Source of the DNA: Candidatus Omnitrophota bacterium
GTDB lineage: Bacteria; Omnitrophota; Gorgyraeia; Zapsychrales; JANLHA01
NCBI GenBank assembly: GCA_020632555.1
Contig: JACKFI010000003.1
Location: 4,351 to 68,350 of the forward strand
Direction of reading: 5' to 3'
DNA length: 64,000 nt
Below, in pieces: positions 1-8,731 of the stretch. The notes beneath the pieces are model-generated. The model saw only the letters and a list, made by a program, of their open reading frames with translations, searched no databases and was not told the DNA's origin. Made by a program: the position numbers and the translations under genes. Numbering within the stretch: position 1 is the first letter of the stretch; every line of letters begins with the position of its first letter.

Positions 1-2
1 TA

Positions 3-1082
3 TGGTTGTTTTGTTCGGGCTGGAAGCACAATCGTGCGCAGCTGTTTAAAAATTTTATATTGATCGCTTTTTTAGTAGGCCTATTGAATATTAATCACCT
101 GTATCGGAATTTTGTGATTTGCGGCAATATTTTGGGAGAACCGCAAGTTTTTAGTATGACACGCAATACTCGGATGTCGCCGGCTTTGTTTGTTTCTAAT
201 GTGGTTCGTAATGCTGGTTTGCATTTGGCAACATCGTTAAAACCCTTGAATCGCTGGAGCGAACAAAGAATTGAAGATTTTCATCAGCTGATAAACGTTA
301 ACAGTGCTGATTCAGCGACGACCTTGGGGGCGGACCCTTTGCGGATTTCGGTTAGTACTCATGAAGATGTGGCTGGCAATTTCTTTCAATTGAGTTTGAT
401 TATTTTGGCGATGAGCATTATTTTTTGGCGGCGTGAAATTGTTCCCAGAGATCTAAAGAATTATGTCTTTGCTGTTTTAGGCATGGTGGTGTTGTTTAAC
501 ATCTTGCTCAAATGGCAACCGGCGGCCAGCCGTTTACATTTGCCGATTTTTGTTTTGTTGATGCCGGTGGTTGCGGTTGTTCTGACGAATTATTTGAATA
601 AATCGCGTGAGATTATTTTGGTTGTTGTCGTCGGTCTTTTGGTGTCGACATCAACTCCGTATGTTTTACGCAATAGTACACGTAAATTATTCTCGAGTAA
701 ATCAACGATTTTTTCGACGCCGCGTTTGCAGCAATACTTTGCGGATGATGATACACTTTTACCAGCCTATCAGTCCACTGTTGATTGGGTTGCACAAAAG
801 AATTGCCGTGAGGTGGGTTTGCGCATTGGCGATAATTCCTGGGAGTATCCTTTGGCTGTTCTTTTTCATCGTTCTTCAAGGGGACCTTTTCGGCTTGAGC
901 ATGTGGATGTCGATACACGCCATAGTAAACCGATGGATTATCCTTTGGGCGAATTTCACCCGTGTGCTATTATCGAAACAGGTCGGACAAATCCTTTGGG
1001 TAAAAATCTAAACATTGATGGAAAAGTGTTTTTTAAACAGCTGGAACAAGCGCCGTTGGGCGTTTATTTTGTGAGTGATTAA
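3..1082 (+). CDS. C-terminal part of a polytopic membrane protein (possible GT-C-type glycosyltransferase); the 5' end lies outside the window
   Basis: The frame is open from the window edge; the track's M at position 6 is a TTG inside that frame. Several hydrophobic helices (LSLIILAMSIIFW, VLGMVVLFNILL, IFVLLMPVVAVVL) are followed by a soluble C-terminal domain. No diagnostic catalytic motif was recognised. Confidence 0.45.
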   Translation, partial: WLFCSGWKHNRAQLFKNFILIAFLVGLLNINHLYRNFVICGNILGEPQVFSMTRNTRMSPALFVSNVVRNAGLHLATSLKPLNRWSEQRIEDFHQLINVNSADSATTLGADPLRISVSTHEDVAGNFFQLSLIILAMSIIFWRREIVPRDLKNYVFAVLGMVVLFNILLKWQPAASRLHLPIFVLLMPVVAVVLTNYLNKSREIILVVVVGLLVSTSTPYVLRNSTRKLFSSKSTIFSTPRLQQYFADDDTLLPAYQSTVDWVAQKNCREVGLRIGDNSWEYPLAVLFHRSSRGPFRLEHVDVDTRHSKPMDYPLGEFHPCAIIETGRTNPLGKNLNIDGKVFFKQLEQAPLGVYFVSD

Positions 1083-1088
1083 ATTGTT

Positions 1089-2303
1089 ATGCCGATGAAT
1101 TTAAAAGTCAAAAATCCTTTTGCGGTATCTGCTTTGGCGGTTGTGGCTGCGATTGGTGGGAGCATTTATTATTTGAGTGTTTGCGTTCGCCATTTTTTGA
1201 GTCAGCGTCCGTTGTGGTTGGATGAAAGCATGGTTTTTGAAAGTGTGCAGAATTTTGCGCCGACGGATTTCTTTACGCAGAGATTAGCCGCCGGGCAAAT
1301 TTTCCCCAAGTTATATCTTTTTTTAATTCAAAGAGTGGCCCAGCCTTTTGAATTAAATCTTTTAAGTGTGCGGCTTTTATCTTTCGTGGCGATGATCAGT
1401 GCCTTTGCTGTTTGGATGAAAATTGCCAGTTATGAATTAAAAGATCGCTGGGCGTATTTGACCTATGTTTTATCTTGGGCAGGTTCCAGTCTGTTGGTGT
1501 ATTATTCCGCAGAACTCAAACCCTATTCCATGGATGTTCTGGCGGCGGGATTATTCGTTTTGTTTCTTTATCACGCGGATCAATTGTTTCAAGAAAAGTC
1601 TTGGGTTTATTTTTTTAGTATAGGATTGTTGCCGTTGTTGGGTATGGTTTCATACACGGCTTTTTTGTTTTATATTTTTCTGTTTTATCATCTGTTAATT
1701 GCGAAAAAAAAAGATGGATTCTGGTGGCAATGCGTTTTATCCTTTAGCATAGCTGCCGTCGTGAGTTTGGGCTGGGTGTATTATTTTGATATTCGTTTGG
1801 CACAGGCGACAACCAATTCGCAGGGGTTTTCGGATCATATTGTTTCTTTTGCTTCAGTGGGAGAATTTTTTAAAACTTGGGGAGAGGGAACGCTGAGCCT
1901 TTTTGGCCGTTTCTTTGCTGAACGGCCGCGCGTGATTAAGAAAATGGCTGTTCCATTTGCTATTCTTGGCTTTGGGTATATGTTTTATACTTTTTTTAAA
2001 AGTTTTTTTTCCCAAGGATATCGTTTAACGACATTTCGCACCATGGCCCTAGTGCTTTATGGGGAACTCTTTATTTTGGGCGCCTTACAAAAGTATCCAT
2101 TTTCCGTTCCGCGCACATCTTTATTTTTTTGTCCGATTGTTTTTCTTCTGATTGTCGATGCAATAATGGCTTTGCGTCAAGGGCATAAGAATTCGTCGAT
2201 CATCATTCATGCGGCGTATATTGGGTATTTATTGATTGTTGCTTTTGGGATCGGACGGGAAGCGTGGTCGGGGTATTTGGGTTTTGCTCCCTTGATTTTT
2301 TGA
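1089..2303 (+). CDS. Polytopic membrane protein, possible GT-C fold (ArnT/PMT-like) glycosyltransferase
   Basis: 404 aa with about 10 hydrophobic segments. An acidic 'LWLDES' motif follows the first helix, resembling the first-loop DE motif of GT-C enzymes. The family assignment is inference only. Confidence 0.45.
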   Translation: MPMNLKVKNPFAVSALAVVAAIGGSIYYLSVCVRHFLSQRPLWLDESMVFESVQNFAPTDFFTQRLAAGQIFPKLYLFLIQRVAQPFELNLLSVRLLSFVAMISAFAVWMKIASYELKDRWAYLTYVLSWAGSSLLVYYSAELKPYSMDVLAAGLFVLFLYHADQLFQEKSWVYFFSIGLLPLLGMVSYTAFLFYIFLFYHLLIAKKKDGFWWQCVLSFSIAAVVSLGWVYYFDIRLAQATTNSQGFSDHIVSFASVGEFFKTWGEGTLSLFGRFFAERPRVIKKMAVPFAILGFGYMFYTFFKSFFSQGYRLTTFRTMALVLYGELFILGALQKYPFSVPRTSLFFCPIVFLLIVDAIMALRQGHKNSSIIIHAAYIGYLLIVAFGIGREAWSGYLGFAPLIF

Positions 2304-2343
2304 TGGCTGTTATTATTCTTTTTGGAAAAGAGGAGAGTGTTGC

Positions 2344-2712
2344 ATGAGAAAAGTAAAAATTGTTTGTCTTGTTCTTATTTTATTTTGTGGTGGTGCGTGC
2401 CCTTTGTCTGCCAGGGAACATTTGAACAATAAAACAGTCAAAGAGTTCGACGGTCAGGGAAAGATCAAAGCAATTTTGCAATATAAACATGACCGTTTGT
2501 TTCGAAAAAGAGTTTATCATGAAAGCGGGCAATTGATTTTGGATACTGTTTTTAAAGATGGGATGCCAATTGTTATTAAAACATATTATTTGAACGGGCG
2601 GCTCAAAAGCATTTGGACACAAAAGAGCAGTCAAGCCAAGTTTTATTATCCTACGGGAAATCATAAAATAACTATTCCGGTCAAAAATTCTAAAGATTTG
2701 CCAGCGCATTAA
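2344..2712 (+). CDS. Small exported MORN-variant/YwqK-like repeat protein
   Basis: N-terminal signal-like sequence MRKVKIVCLVLILFCGGACPLSA. Repeated G-x-hydrophobic beta-hairpin pattern (GQGKIKAILQYKHDRL..., YHESGQLILDTVFKDG, YYLNGRLKSIW) resembling MORN-variant repeats. Confidence 0.4.
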   Translation: MRKVKIVCLVLILFCGGACPLSAREHLNNKTVKEFDGQGKIKAILQYKHDRLFRKRVYHESGQLILDTVFKDGMPIVIKTYYLNGRLKSIWTQKSSQAKFYYPTGNHKITIPVKNSKDLPAH

Positions 2713-2715
2713 AAT

Positions 2716-4050
2716 ATGGAAATTATTGCAATTCTTCTTGGATGTTTGTTTTTTCACTTCGATAGCGCGCTTTTGAAGAAACAGGCTTTGCCGATTTTTG
2801 AAAAATTGTTTTTTGTTAAGCCATGGCAAAATATGCTGGTGGCTGCTTTGTGTTTTGCCGCTGTGTTACAGACCTCAGAAGCAAGACTTGCGCTTTTTCA
2901 GGTTGCGGGTATTGTTCTGATGGGAATTTATTTTTTGCGGCGCTATCAGTTTTTTACTTTAGTTGAAGCTTCACCGGAGTTTGCGAAAACACAAGATGAG
3001 CAGCTGCAGCTGGCTATTTCGACGTTTTCTATTTTAGCTTTTTGGGTTTTGGGGATGATGGGGGTTGCGGTTTATGCGGAATTTTGGTCAGCTTTATGGC
3101 ATTGGAAAATTGATGAATTGACGGGTCTTTTGATATTGTCTGAGATTTCGTCGGTTTTGATGATTTTTTTAATCTATCGGGCGGTGCGCGCGCGAAAGAG
3201 TTTGCAGCTTTTTCAGATCCTTGGTTTGGAAACCAAGGGTTTAGGAACAATGAAAATTTGGATTTTGCCTATTGTTATCGCGATTGTTTATGCGGGGGTA
3301 ACGTCGTGGATTCTTGAGTCTCGTCCGGTTCAACCGATGACGCCGTTGCAAAATCTTTTGGAATCGACAACATCGATGGGCGTTTTGCTTTTTTTTGTGG
3401 GGAGCGCGGTTTTTACGGCGCCGTTTTTTGAGGAAATTATTTTTCGCGGTTTTTTCTTTCATGTGATTCAACGGTTTAAAGGAGTTGTTTTTGCGGTTAT
3501 TTTTGTCGCGCTGACTTTTGGGTTTTTACATGTTGAACAATATTGGGGCGACTGGGCGGCTATTGCGGTGGTGGGGTGTTTTGGATTGATTCTCACAGTA
3601 TTGCGTGCTGGGACAGGTTCGTCGGTCCCAGGTATGATTGCCCATTATGTGTATAATGGCAGCTTGATTATTATCCCGATTGTGATGATTGTTTTTTCTA
3701 ATCCTTTGTACTTGGATTATCAATTAAATCAATATCGGTTTACAGCTGAGCAGAAAGAAGCGAAGCTGTTGGAAAGCATTGCGCAATATCCTGACTTTAG
3801 CCCGGCGTATAATGACTTGGCATGGGTTTATAGCGAGCAAGGCATTAAGTTAGAGCGTGCTTTAGAATTGATTGATTATGCTTTGAGTCTTGAACCGGAG
3901 AGTTATGCTTTTCTGGATACCAAGGCGGAAGTGTTATTTAAAATGGGGCGTGTATCGCAAGCCATTACGATGGAAGAAGATTTGCTTAAGAAATATCCCA
4001 ACGATGTTTATCTGCGTCAGCAGCTTAAGAAGTTTCAAAGCGCGAATTGA
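2716..4050 (+). CDS. CPBP-family (CAAX/Abi-type) intramembrane glutamic protease fused to a C-terminal TPR domain
   Basis: CPBP motif 1 'FFEEIIFRGFFF' (EExxxR), motif 2 'FGFLH' (FxxxH) and a later 'HYVYN' histidine motif. The C-terminal 110 aa show a TPR-like pattern (AYNDLAWVYSEQG..., ALELIDYALSLEPES). Confidence 0.75.
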   Translation: MEIIAILLGCLFFHFDSALLKKQALPIFEKLFFVKPWQNMLVAALCFAAVLQTSEARLALFQVAGIVLMGIYFLRRYQFFTLVEASPEFAKTQDEQLQLAISTFSILAFWVLGMMGVAVYAEFWSALWHWKIDELTGLLILSEISSVLMIFLIYRAVRARKSLQLFQILGLETKGLGTMKIWILPIVIAIVYAGVTSWILESRPVQPMTPLQNLLESTTSMGVLLFFVGSAVFTAPFFEEIIFRGFFFHVIQRFKGVVFAVIFVALTFGFLHVEQYWGDWAAIAVVGCFGLILTVLRAGTGSSVPGMIAHYVYNGSLIIIPIVMIVFSNPLYLDYQLNQYRFTAEQKEAKLLESIAQYPDFSPAYNDLAWVYSEQGIKLERALELIDYALSLEPESYAFLDTKAEVLFKMGRVSQAITMEEDLLKKYPNDVYLRQQLKKFQSAN

Positions 4051-4120
4051 ATTATTTTAAGACAAAAGCCAAGTTGGCAGGTGAATTTGCTATAATGTCT
4101 TCGCTTTGCGCAATATCACT

Positions 4121-5110
4121 ATGAAAAAAATATTACTGATTATGCTTGGGTGTTTTTGGCTTAGCGTGGCATCGTTTTGTGCGGCGCAGGAAGAAACTGT
4201 TGTGCCTACTGCGCAAGAAACAGAAACGATATTGCCTAAGAATGCTGTTATTGTTGATGCCGCTATTGCGCAGAATATCCCAGAATTAGAGACAGCTGTT
4301 TTTCAAATTCAGCACGCGCAGTTAGAAAGCGTTGTGAATCAAGTGCGGGAATTGATGGGTTCCGTGCAGGGTGGGGTTATTGTTAATGAGCAATCTCGTC
4401 AGATTGAAGTTTCCGCCCCGGGGCAATTGTTGACCAAAATTAAATCTTTGGTATTGAGTTTGGACAAAGAATATGATGTTATTGTTGATTTTAAAGTGGT
4501 TCAGGTTGACCTGAATGAAGAATATCTGCCCGGAATCAATTGGTCGGCGATTGTTTCTGATTATAAAAGTTTTACTGTGCCTGCTGATGATCGGACATTT
4601 AGCGTGGGGACTGTTTCTCAAGAAGATGTGACGGTCTTGTTGGAGGCTTTGGAAACGGTTGGGGAAGTTAAGATGTTTCCGGTTCAAGTGGCCAAGGTTA
4701 GCAATGGACAAGAGGCTGATTTGCGGTTGAAGGCTTTTGACAATGATGTGGTTGTGGGAATCAATCCTGTCAGGACTGCTGATTTAGATGCTCAGGAGCA
4801 GCAGGACCGTTATACGGCGCGGTTGGTGATCAATCCTTCGGTTGGTCGGGATGAGGGGGTTGATTTCCGCATTGCCGCGGCGGATGGCACGACGGTGGTT
4901 GTTAAGGTTAAGAAAGACTCTGTTGCTGTCCTGGGCGGTATTTTTACGCAAACCAAGTCTGATTCAACGCGAAAATTCCCGTTTTTGGGTGATTTGCCGC
5001 TTTTTGGTGTTGTTTTTCGTGATCAAAGCAAGGTTGTCCATCGTTTAGAAAATATTATTCTTTTGACACCCCGCGTGAGTGCGCCTTCGAATACGGTTCT
5101 GTCAAAATAA
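4121..5110 (+). CDS. Short secretin-domain outer-membrane protein
   Basis: Signal peptide MKKILLIMLGCFWLSVASFCAAQ, taking the ATG at 4121 inside the TTG-started track ORF. The C-terminal signature 'KFPFLGDLPLFGVVFRDQSKVVHRLENIILLTPRV' matches the conserved end of the secretin domain. Confidence 0.7.
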   Translation: MKKILLIMLGCFWLSVASFCAAQEETVVPTAQETETILPKNAVIVDAAIAQNIPELETAVFQIQHAQLESVVNQVRELMGSVQGGVIVNEQSRQIEVSAPGQLLTKIKSLVLSLDKEYDVIVDFKVVQVDLNEEYLPGINWSAIVSDYKSFTVPADDRTFSVGTVSQEDVTVLLEALETVGEVKMFPVQVAKVSNGQEADLRLKAFDNDVVVGINPVRTADLDAQEQQDRYTARLVINPSVGRDEGVDFRIAAADGTTVVVKVKKDSVAVLGGIFTQTKSDSTRKFPFLGDLPLFGVVFRDQSKVVHRLENIILLTPRVSAPSNTVLSK

Positions 5111-5136
5111 AATGATGTGTTGGGGGATTTTTTGAT

Positions 5137-5814
5137 ATGAAAAAGGAGTCTTCCCATAACAGTGATCATCATCAGCGTAAACATCCTGAGGATCCGGCAG
5201 CGCGGGCGTGGTTTATGATTTTTGTGTTGATCGTTTGTATTGGCATTATGATTTATATTGATTTTAATCGACGACTTTGGAATGCTCCACCACCGCAGCC
5301 GATTGCCGGTCGTTATTGGGGTGATCCGGATGCGCAATTAAAAATCACTCAGTTCTTAGATTTTCAGTCTTTGGATGTTGTGCGCGGTGAGCAGTTGATT
5401 TATCAATTCTTTCAGAAACATCCGACGGGCGTGTTTTTGCAGACTCGTTATTTTCCGCAAGATGAAAAATCATTATTGATTGCGATAGCTGTTGAGTGCG
5501 CCAATCAACAGCATAAGTTTCGAATTTATACAGCACATTTGTTTGATCGTTATTTCCAATGGTCGGGATTGCCGGGAGCAATGCCGGTTCTTAAAACCAT
5601 TGCCGGTGAACTGGGGATTGATAAAGATGAGTTTAAACGGTGCATGGCCAGTTCAGATACGCTGTCAACGATTATGGTTGACAAAGTGTATGGTGAATCT
5701 TTATTTGTTCGTTCAACCCCCAGTTATTTCCTTAATGGAAAAATAGTTGTTGGCGTTGATGCTTTAGAAAAGGCTTTGCAGGATTGGGATGAGCCTTTAA
5801 CCCAGGATGAGTAA
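5137..5814 (+). CDS. Membrane-anchored DsbA/thioredoxin-fold protein lacking the CxxC active site
   Basis: One TM helix (FMIFVLIVCIGIMIYI). 'GDPDAQLKITQFLDFQSLDV' aligns to the DsbA-family 'GxPxAxVxIxEFSDFQCPFC' block, with SLDV in place of CPFC. Confidence 0.55.
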   Translation: MKKESSHNSDHHQRKHPEDPAARAWFMIFVLIVCIGIMIYIDFNRRLWNAPPPQPIAGRYWGDPDAQLKITQFLDFQSLDVVRGEQLIYQFFQKHPTGVFLQTRYFPQDEKSLLIAIAVECANQQHKFRIYTAHLFDRYFQWSGLPGAMPVLKTIAGELGIDKDEFKRCMASSDTLSTIMVDKVYGESLFVRSTPSYFLNGKIVVGVDALEKALQDWDEPLTQDE

Positions 5815-5836
5815 TTAACACAAGCTGCCCTTTGAT

Positions 5837-7108
5837 ATGAATAATTACGAAAAAAAGTCTTTTACGGTTTATCTCATTGCCCTCGTTGTAATTTTGGCAA
5901 ACCTTATTATTCTTTCGGTTATTTATCAAGTCCCGTTTTTATCTGGTGTGCCTGCTGTTCGAAAAGTTTTGCCTTTGATTTCTTTTGCCGCCGTTTATCC
6001 TTTCGATTTTTTCCACAACTTTCTCCGGGAAGATTTGGCTATTCATTTTTTCTGGATCATGTTGGTTATCATATCTGGCTTTGGGTTGTTATTGTTCAAT
6101 AAATTTGCGCGAACTGTCTTTATTGTTTTTAATATCATTAATTTTGTTATTTGGGGGGTCATCTCGGTATTCTATTTTGGACAAATGGCTTTTTGGGGAT
6201 ATTTCTTTAAATGTTATTTTAATTTCGTTGCTTTTTTATTTTATGTTGGTTATTTGACTTTGCCGGAAGTTCGGCAACAATTTCAAACGGTAACCCGAGC
6301 GTTGCGGGTTAATGGCTGGTTTTTAAAGGCTCGTCGTCGGACATTGTTGCCCAAAGATGCCGCTGGATATTATAATTTGGCTTTAGCATATCATCGGTTA
6401 GGGCGGGCAGATGAATCATTGGATTTCTTATCGCGGGCCATTGCCATTGTTCCCAAAAAGGCGGATTATCATTTTGCTGTTGGACAGGTTCATTTTGATC
6501 GGCAGGATTATGGCAAGGCGATTGCCGCATTGAACGAAACGGTTCGTCTGGATCCGATTCATTTGCAGGGTCGGTATTTGTTAGGGATAGCTTATCAAAA
6601 GACCGGATGTGTAGAAGAGGCTGTTCAAGCTTTTCGTCGGTGCAGTTATTTGGAATTGAAGAATAATGCCGTTTTTCGGGATTTGGGAATAGCTTGTTAC
6701 CATGCTGGTTATTTGGAGGAAGCGCAGCAAGCTTTGCGTCGAGGCATGGAGTTGCAGCCGCAGGATCATGAATGTCCGTTTTATTTGGGCCTTGTTTTGA
6801 TGAAATATCCTAAGATGGTAAAGAATGCAGAAGAATTTCTAAAGAAATCCGTGCGACTTAACCCGAGTTTTTGTGACGGGTATCGGGAGCTAGGTAATTT
6901 GTATATTGGACAAGGAAATTATAAGGCAGCGGTTCGTGCCTTTCGGGATGTTTTGCGGTTAGATGCCAATTTGGTTCAAGTGCATTATCATTTGGGTTTT
7001 GCTTATGCAATGTTAAAAGATATGGAATCTGCTCGCAGAGAATACAAATTTTTAAAAGAGGTGGATCCTGATTTAGCGCAGACTTTGGGGTTACTTCTTA
7101 AGGATTAA
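5837..7108 (+). CDS. Membrane protein with a C-terminal TPR repeat array
   Basis: The N-terminal 150 aa carry about 4 hydrophobic helices. At least 7 TPR-like units follow (AAGYYNLALAYHRLGRADESL, YHFAVGQVHFDRQDYGKAI, GYRELGNLYIGQGNYKAAV, ...). Confidence 0.7.
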   Translation: MNNYEKKSFTVYLIALVVILANLIILSVIYQVPFLSGVPAVRKVLPLISFAAVYPFDFFHNFLREDLAIHFFWIMLVIISGFGLLLFNKFARTVFIVFNIINFVIWGVISVFYFGQMAFWGYFFKCYFNFVAFLFYVGYLTLPEVRQQFQTVTRALRVNGWFLKARRRTLLPKDAAGYYNLALAYHRLGRADESLDFLSRAIAIVPKKADYHFAVGQVHFDRQDYGKAIAALNETVRLDPIHLQGRYLLGIAYQKTGCVEEAVQAFRRCSYLELKNNAVFRDLGIACYHAGYLEEAQQALRRGMELQPQDHECPFYLGLVLMKYPKMVKNAEEFLKKSVRLNPSFCDGYRELGNLYIGQGNYKAAVRAFRDVLRLDANLVQVHYHLGFAYAMLKDMESARREYKFLKEVDPDLAQTLGLLLKD

Positions 7109-8023
7109 ATGAATTCTTCATTCCGTCGAAAGATATTCTGGATTTTAGGACTTTGGGTTTTGGGTGGGGTGTTTTTGTCAACGCAGCCAGCATTCGCGCA
7201 AGAGTCTTCTTTTTTTGAAAGAATTGTTCCTTTACATCAAGTCAAAAAAAATCCTGGCCCGATGGATTGGTTGGCCACACAAAAGGAAGACGGTCAAAGC
7301 TTTTCTGATTTTACTGCTTCACAGGCGATTGTCCCCAGCCGCGACAAATCATTCATTTACATTGTGTTATTGGGAGATTTTACATCCGAGCAAAAAAGAG
7401 TTGTGCAGATGGCCAGCCGGTATATTGCCGCTTATTTTCAAATGTCTGTTAAATTTGCAGAACCGATTGCTTTGAGTCGTATTCCTGAATCTGCCCGACG
7501 GATTCATCCCGTAACCGCGGATGCTCAAATATTGTCCACCTATGTGCTTGATGATGTTTTAAAGCCGCAGATGCCTTCAGACGCGTTTTGTTTGATTGCG
7601 TTTACACCTTCAGATCTTTGGCCGGGGCAAGGGTGGAATTTTGTTTTTGGTCAAGCTTCCATTGAGGACCGCGTTGGCGTGTGGTCGCTTTATCGCAATG
7701 GTGATATTTCAAAAGATTTTCATTTATTTCTGCGGCGAACGATTCAGACTGGGACCCATGAGATCGGCCACTTGTTTGGTTTGCATCATTGCATTTATTA
7801 CGAGTGCAATATGAATGGCAGCAATTCTCGTCATGAAAGTGATGTGCGTCCGCTATGGGTCTGTCCGGTGTGTTTGCGCAAATTGGCGTGGGCCAATAAA
7901 ATGGATATTAAAAAGCGGTATCGTCAGTTAGCGGACATTAGCAAAGAATTTGGTTTTGATCAGGAAGCAAAGTTTTTTGCAGATAGCTTAGCCGTTTTAG
8001 AAGAGAAACAGGGAGCAGAGTAA
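7109..8023 (+). CDS. Archaemetzincin-like zinc metalloprotease with a signal peptide
   Basis: 'HEIGHLFGLHHCIYYECNMNGSNSRHESDVRPLWVCPVCLRKL' fits the archaemetzincin signature HExxHxxGx3Cx4CxM...CxxC. N-terminal signal sequence RKIFWILGLWVLGGVFLSTQPAFAQE. Confidence 0.75.
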   Translation: MNSSFRRKIFWILGLWVLGGVFLSTQPAFAQESSFFERIVPLHQVKKNPGPMDWLATQKEDGQSFSDFTASQAIVPSRDKSFIYIVLLGDFTSEQKRVVQMASRYIAAYFQMSVKFAEPIALSRIPESARRIHPVTADAQILSTYVLDDVLKPQMPSDAFCLIAFTPSDLWPGQGWNFVFGQASIEDRVGVWSLYRNGDISKDFHLFLRRTIQTGTHEIGHLFGLHHCIYYECNMNGSNSRHESDVRPLWVCPVCLRKLAWANKMDIKKRYRQLADISKEFGFDQEAKFFADSLAVLEEKQGAE

Positions 8024-8032
8024 CCTGCTCCC
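8011..8032. terminator. Hairpin between convergent genes (possible bidirectional terminator)
   Basis: gggagcag-agtaac-ctgctccc is an 8-bp perfect stem. The amz-like stop codon sits in the loop. T-rich sequence follows on the + strand. Confidence 0.5.
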
Positions 8033-8047
8033 TTTGAAAATATTTTT

Positions 8048-8614
8048 TTATTTTTGTTGAGTTTGACGTTTTTTGCGGTGTTCTTCGCGGCGGGTTTCTC
8101 TTTTTTGTTTGTTCTCTGCATGTTGTTGTTTCATGTTTTCTTTATTAGTTTGTCTGTGTTCTTGCATTTTTTCTCGTTTTTGTTCTGGCGTGAGATTGGG
8201 ATCATTGGCAATTTGTTGCGCGAAATTCATATTGGCTTGGTGTTGTTCTTGGAATTTGGTAACTTTTTCTTGGTAGGATTGTTCTGCTTGGTTGAGGATT
8301 TCTTGTTTTTGGGCGTCTGTTAATTCGCTGTTTGCTGCCAGTTTTGCTTGCAGTTTTGTCATTTGTTCTTGGTGCATTTGCTCGTGATGGGCGACATTTT
8401 CCGCGAATTGACTGTTGCGATGTTCAATGATGGCCGCTTGTCTTTGTTCGGCAGGTAAGTCTTTTAACGTTTCTCGAAAAGCTTGGTTTTCTTGCCGCTG
8501 CTCTTGGCGGTGGGCTTTGTTTTGTTCTTTTCTGGCGCCAGGCTCTTTGGCCATAACGGTCAGAGGAATAGCCAGAGCCGTTGCTAAAATTACAGTTATG
8601 ATTCTGGTGTTCAT
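8048..8614 (-). CDS. Periplasmic Spy/CpxP-family (LTxxQ-motif) protein
   Basis: The ATG at 8614 is preceded by AAGGAG. Signal peptide MNTRIITVILATALAIPLTVMA. Repeated LTxxQ-type motifs (LPAEQRQ, LTDAQKQ, LTPEQKR) in a Q/E/K-rich helical protein. This is the only supported minus-strand gene in the window. Confidence 0.6.
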   Translation of the reverse strand: MNTRIITVILATALAIPLTVMAKEPGARKEQNKAHRQEQRQENQAFRETLKDLPAEQRQAAIIEHRNSQFAENVAHHEQMHQEQMTKLQAKLAANSELTDAQKQEILNQAEQSYQEKVTKFQEQHQANMNFAQQIANDPNLTPEQKREKMQEHRQTNKENMKQQHAENKQKRETRREEHRKKRQTQQK

Positions 8615-8731
8615 GTCACGCTCCTTTGGTTGTTTGTTATTGACTTGATTTGCGCAGTTAAACACCGCTGATCATATTTTGTTGCGTTTAAATTTAAAAA
8701 AGACGAGCTTTATTGTATATAATAAACAGCT

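Noticed and set aside
8054-8648. Several + strand ORFs (67-89 aa, Cys/Phe/Leu-rich) between 8054 and 8648
   Set aside because: They are antisense to the Spy/CpxP-like gene. Their composition is the complement of its Q/E/K-rich codons.
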